From the NCBI GenBank assembly GCA_965224485.1, contig CBDCZH010000014.1, positions 1-42,046 of the forward strand: a stretch of 42,046 nt of DNA. Reading direction: 5' to 3'. Shown here one piece after another: positions 38,238 through 42,046 of this stretch. Source of the stretch: Arcobacteraceae bacterium (GTDB taxonomy: Bacteria; Campylobacterota; Campylobacteria; Campylobacterales; Arcobacteraceae). The position numbers and the translations under genes were made by a program. Numbering within the stretch: the stretch's first letter is position 1; every line of letters starts with the position of its first letter. The notes under the pieces are model-generated. The model did no database searches. It was not told where the DNA came from and saw nothing but the letters and a program-made list of their open reading frames with translations.

Positions 38238-39515
38238 CTATTTTCTTAAATCTTCTATTATATTTGCAAAATTTGGAAAAGAAGTTTGAATACATTCTAT
38301 ATCTTCTATTTCCATTCCGCAAACTAAACCAGCAATTGCAAAACTCATTGCAATTCTATGATCACCTCTTGAGTTTATGCAAGCTTTTTTTAAACTTCCA
38401 CCTGTTATTTCATAACCATCTTCGTGTTCAATATACTCTACCCCACAAAGTTTTAAATTAGAAACAACAGCACTTATTCTATCACTTTCTTTAACTCTTA
38501 ACTCTTTTGCATTTTTTACTCTTGAAGTACCTTTTGCTAAACTCATAGCAATACTAAGAGCTGGTAATTCATCAATTAACCAAGAAATATTATTTTCTAT
38601 TACAACAGCATTTAACTCATGATGTGAGACAATAATATCACCTATTGGTTCATAAATATTTGCAGTCTGTATATATTGTATTTTAGCACCCATTCTTTCA
38701 AGTACTTTATAAGCTTCAATTCGTGTAGGGTTTAATGTTACATTTTTTAAAACTACTCTTGAATTTGGAGTAATAGCAGCACTAAGCGCAAAGAAAAAAG
38801 CAGATGAGGGATCAGTTGGAACTGTAATATTTAAGGGTTTTAAATAAGCATCAAGAGGTGTTATATTAATATAATTATTAGAATCTGTAAATATATCTGC
38901 ACCCATACCTTCTAACATTCTCTCCGTATGATCTCTAGTTAATTCATTTTCCTTGTATTTAGATATACCATCAGCTCTTAAAGCAGCTAAAATCATAGCT
39001 GATTTTACTTGGGCTGAATCTATTGGTGAATCGTAAACAAAAGCTTTTAAAATAGAACCTTCTATTTGCAAAGGGGCTAGATTAGCATCATTTTTGCCTT
39101 CTATTTTTGCTCCTATGCTTTTTAAAGGTTTAGTAACTCTTCTCATAGGTCTTGAATTTAAATACTTATCTCCACTTAGTGTAAACTTTCCTTCTAAAGA
39201 AGATAAAAGACCACAAAATAGTCTCATTCCTGTTCCTGAGTTTCCACAATCTAAAACATCATCAGGAATAATATTTTTAAGACTTGGAGTTATTTCTACA
39301 CTTGAACCATCTATTTTAACACTTGCCCCTAATTTCTCCATTATACTAAGAGTATTTAAGGTGTCTTCTGCCATTAAAAAGTTTTTTATATAAGAAGTTT
39401 TATTTGTAAAAATACTAAACATTGCACATCTATGTGAAATAGACTTATCACTTGCGATACTATTAATTGTAATATCAAAGCTTGTTTTTAATGCTTGTAT
39501 TTTTAATGTTTTCAT
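38238..39515 (-). CDS. aroA: 3-phosphoshikimate 1-carboxyvinyltransferase
   Basis: [40 protein letters not shown]. Confidence 0.98.
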   Translation of the reverse strand: MKTLKIQALKTSFDITINSIASDKSISHRCAMFSIFTNKTSYIKNFLMAEDTLNTLSIMEKLGASVKIDGSSVEITPSLKNIIPDDVLDCGNSGTGMRLFCGLLSSLEGKFTLSGDKYLNSRPMRRVTKPLKSIGAKIEGKNDANLAPLQIEGSILKAFVYDSPIDSAQVKSAMILAALRADGISKYKENELTRDHTERMLEGMGADIFTDSNNYINITPLDAYLKPLNITVPTDPSSAFFFALSAAITPNSRVVLKNVTLNPTRIEAYKVLERMGAKIQYIQTANIYEPIGDIIVSHHELNAVVIENNISWLIDELPALSIAMSLAKGTSRVKNAKELRVKESDRISAVVSNLKLCGVEYIEHEDGYEITGGSLKKACINSRGDHRIAMSFAIAGLVCGMEIEDIECIQTSFPNFANIIEDLRK

Positions 39516-41833
39516 TATCTTAAATTTAATCCTAATTTTTCATCAAGTGTTTTTAAAATTTTGTTCATTGATGTTGTAATATCTTCTTCACTTAATGTTT
39601 TCTCATCATTTTGAAGTACAAATCTTATTGTTAAACTCTCATTATCACCTAGTTTTTCATCAGAATAAATATCAATTAAATTATATTGTTTAATATTGTC
39701 ATCTTTTATGCAAGAAATAACTTTTTTAATCTCTTTATATGAAATATTTTTAGGAACTAAAATACTTAAATCTTTTTTAGAAGCTTGAAATTTAGAATAT
39801 TTTTTACTAATAACAACTTCATTTTTAATTGCATCAAAATCAATTTCTGCTATAAAAGTATCAGCTATATTAAAATCACTAGCAACACTTGGATGAAGTT
39901 TTGCTATATAACCAACAGTTTTACCATCGATTATAACATCAGCATTTTGAAAAGGGTGAATAAAATCATTTGGTATTTTTTTCATCTCTTTTATTTCAAA
40001 TTTTCCAATTGTATTTAAAACTTTTTTACAAAATGTAAAAAAATCAATAACTTTTGGTTTCCCTTGATTTGTAAAAGATTCTTCTTCTTCATCACCTGAA
40101 AAAACAAAAGATATTTTTTTACTTTCTTCTCTTTTAATATTAAAAATTGTTCCTATTTCAAATAAGGCAACTTTTTTAAAACCTAATTTAAAGTTATTTT
40201 GGGCTGCTTCAATTAAATTTAGTAAAATTGTTGTTCTATAGGTATTTAACTCATTTACAATTGGATTTAAAATATCTAATTTATCATTTACTTTTGGAAA
40301 ATTATACTTGCTAAGATTATCTTTATTTGCAAATACATAAGTAAGTGTTTCAAAGAAACCATTTTCAATAGCTTTAAATCTTAGTTTATTTTTTTTGATT
40401 AAATCTCGTGATGTTTTATTGCTTCTATTTACTTCATCAATTGCTAAAGGTTTTGATTTTATATTATCAATTCCAATTGTTCTAACAATTTCTTCTGTAA
40501 CATCTGCAATATTTTTAATATCATGTCTAAATGCTGGAATTTTTGTAGATAAAACACCGTTTCCACCATCTTTTACTTGAAACCCTAAGTTAGACAATAT
40601 TTTCTCAACTTTTATTTTTGTTACATTTTGTCCAATAATAGAGTTGATTTTTTTTGTATTAATATCAAGATTCTCTTCATGAATTTCTTCAGTAAAAATC
40701 TCAGCACCTCTAAAAATTTTAGCACCAAGTTTTGAAATTAAAGTAGTAAAAGAGTCTAAACCTTCTGTTATATAAGGCTCACTTCCTCTTGAACTTCTGT
40801 AATATACATCAGCAGTTTTTTTCTTTTTATCAAAAACATTTTTAGCTAGTTCTTCTGGATGAATATATGAAGCTTCTATAAACATAGTAGTATCACTAGT
40901 ATCAAGCTCTTTATGATCAATACAAATAGTACTTAAATGCTCTTTTCCATAAATACAATCAAAACCATCTTCATCTTTTTTTACATGTAAGAGCGATAAA
41001 TTATTATGAACATCTGTTGCTTCTTTTGCATAAGCATTTAAAATAACACCTGTTTCATGAATAGAGTAAGCAATAACATTTGCAATATCGTTTTCTTTAT
41101 ATTGTGAGATTATTGCATTTCTTAGTTTATATAAAAGTGGTAACTTAAAGTTTTCAAAATCAATTGCCTTAAAAATTAAAGATGAAGATATATTATTCTC
41201 ACACTCAACTTCTAATACTTGACCAATTCCAAATTCGTTATATTCTGTTATAACATCTTTTTCATACATGCTTATATTATAATAAGCAGATAATTCTCTT
41301 GCAATTCCATGAATACTTAAACAATCACCTCTATTAGCTGTTAATTCAAGTTCAATAATATCATCATTTAAAAGTTTATATTCGTTTAGCTCTTTTCCAA
41401 CAATAAGTTCACCAATAGAGTTATCAAGTTCTAAAATCCCATCATTTAATTTTGCAAGTCCTATTTCAGTACTTGAACAAATCATTCCATGTGAATCTTC
41501 ACCTCTAAGTTTAGCTTTTTTAATTTTGAAGTTTTCGCCTAAAACGCAGCCAACAGTAGCCACTGGAACATACTGACCTTTTTTTACATTTTTAGCTCCA
41601 CATACTATTTGAACAGATGTATCTCCAATATTTACTTGACAAATAGATAATTTATCAGCATCTGGATGTTTTTGTTTATCTGTAATAAATCCAATAACAA
41701 CACCAGAAGGAATTCTTATTTTTTGTAAAGAATCAACTTCTAAACCAATAGAGTTAAATGTTTTGCAAATATTGTTTATATCTAGTTTAGAAATATCAAG
41801 AAAATCTTGTATCCAAGTTTTTGTTATAATCAT
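39515..41833 (-). CDS. pheT: phenylalanine-tRNA ligase beta subunit
   Basis: [29 protein letters not shown]-terminal anticodon-binding domain. Confidence 0.97.
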   Translation of the reverse strand: MIITKTWIQDFLDISKLDINNICKTFNSIGLEVDSLQKIRIPSGVVIGFITDKQKHPDADKLSICQVNIGDTSVQIVCGAKNVKKGQYVPVATVGCVLGENFKIKKAKLRGEDSHGMICSSTEIGLAKLNDGILELDNSIGELIVGKELNEYKLLNDDIIELELTANRGDCLSIHGIARELSAYYNISMYEKDVITEYNEFGIGQVLEVECENNISSSLIFKAIDFENFKLPLLYKLRNAIISQYKENDIANVIAYSIHETGVILNAYAKEATDVHNNLSLLHVKKDEDGFDCIYGKEHLSTICIDHKELDTSDTTMFIEASYIHPEELAKNVFDKKKKTADVYYRSSRGSEPYITEGLDSFTTLISKLGAKIFRGAEIFTEEIHEENLDINTKKINSIIGQNVTKIKVEKILSNLGFQVKDGGNGVLSTKIPAFRHDIKNIADVTEEIVRTIGIDNIKSKPLAIDEVNRSNKTSRDLIKKNKLRFKAIENGFFETLTYVFANKDNLSKYNFPKVNDKLDILNPIVNELNTYRTTILLNLIEAAQNNFKLGFKKVALFEIGTIFNIKREESKKISFVFSGDEEEESFTNQGKPKVIDFFTFCKKVLNTIGKFEIKEMKKIPNDFIHPFQNADVIIDGKTVGYIAKLHPSVASDFNIADTFIAEIDFDAIKNEVVISKKYSKFQASKKDLSILVPKNISYKEIKKVISCIKDDNIKQYNLIDIYSDEKLGDNESLTIRFVLQNDEKTLSEEDITTSMNKILKTLDEKLGLNLR

Positions 41834-42046
41834 TTAAATTGTCCTAATAATCTTATATCACTCTCAAATAGAGATCGTAAATCTCCAATTTTATGTATTA
41901 ACATAGCAAATCGCTCAATACCTAAACCAAAAGCATAACCAGATACATTTTCATAACCTACTGCTTTGAATACATTTTCATCAACTATTCCACAACCAAG
42001 TACTTCTAACCAACCTGTATGTGAACAAACTCTACAACCTTTACTT
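41830..42046 (-). CDS. pheS: phenylalanine-tRNA ligase alpha subunit, C-terminal part (truncated by window edge)
   Basis: Minus strand reads [18 protein letters not shown]...[14 protein letters not shown]...DIRLLGQFK*; stop overlaps the pheT start. Confidence 0.95.
   Translation of the reverse strand, partial: SKGCRVCSHTGWLEVLGCGIVDENVFKAVGYENVSGYAFGLGIERFAMLIHKIGDLRSLFESDIRLLGQFK

Overview
An AT-rich, mostly core-genome segment of a Campylobacterota chromosome. Gene order and protein style suggest Arcobacteraceae (inference). Contents in order: trxB(partial)-dapB-purF-TIGR01212-type radical SAM; LysR; uvrD-truB-ispE-smpB; the cbb3 oxidase operon ccoNOQP with small accessory genes, a ccoH-like gene and an addB-like gene; prfB; a cytochrome c; the major outer-membrane porin; folB-plsY; nadAC; DHH-M23-lpxC-tsaB-like-thrB-DUF448-infB-rbfA-rimP; ribD; an orphan DUF4238-like gene; and efp-serA-rpsA-ispH-aroA-pheT-pheS(partial). 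No rRNA, tRNA, CRISPR array, transposase or integrase was seen. The most interesting signal is non-coding: three long (124-146 bp) imperfect palindromes directly after uvrD, nadC and efp. Their stems differ in sequence but keep pairing, and they share the same internal-loop and mismatch motifs and a core resembling the enterobacterial ERIC repeat. This points to an ERIC-like structured repeat family. Other observations: an unannotated 30-aa membrane protein inside the cco operon, a radical SAM gene with no canonical start upstream of its Cys motif, a structured GC-rich porin leader, an 8-bp VNTR plus related degenerate arrays, no csrA at its usual locus, and a candidate single-gene defence insertion.
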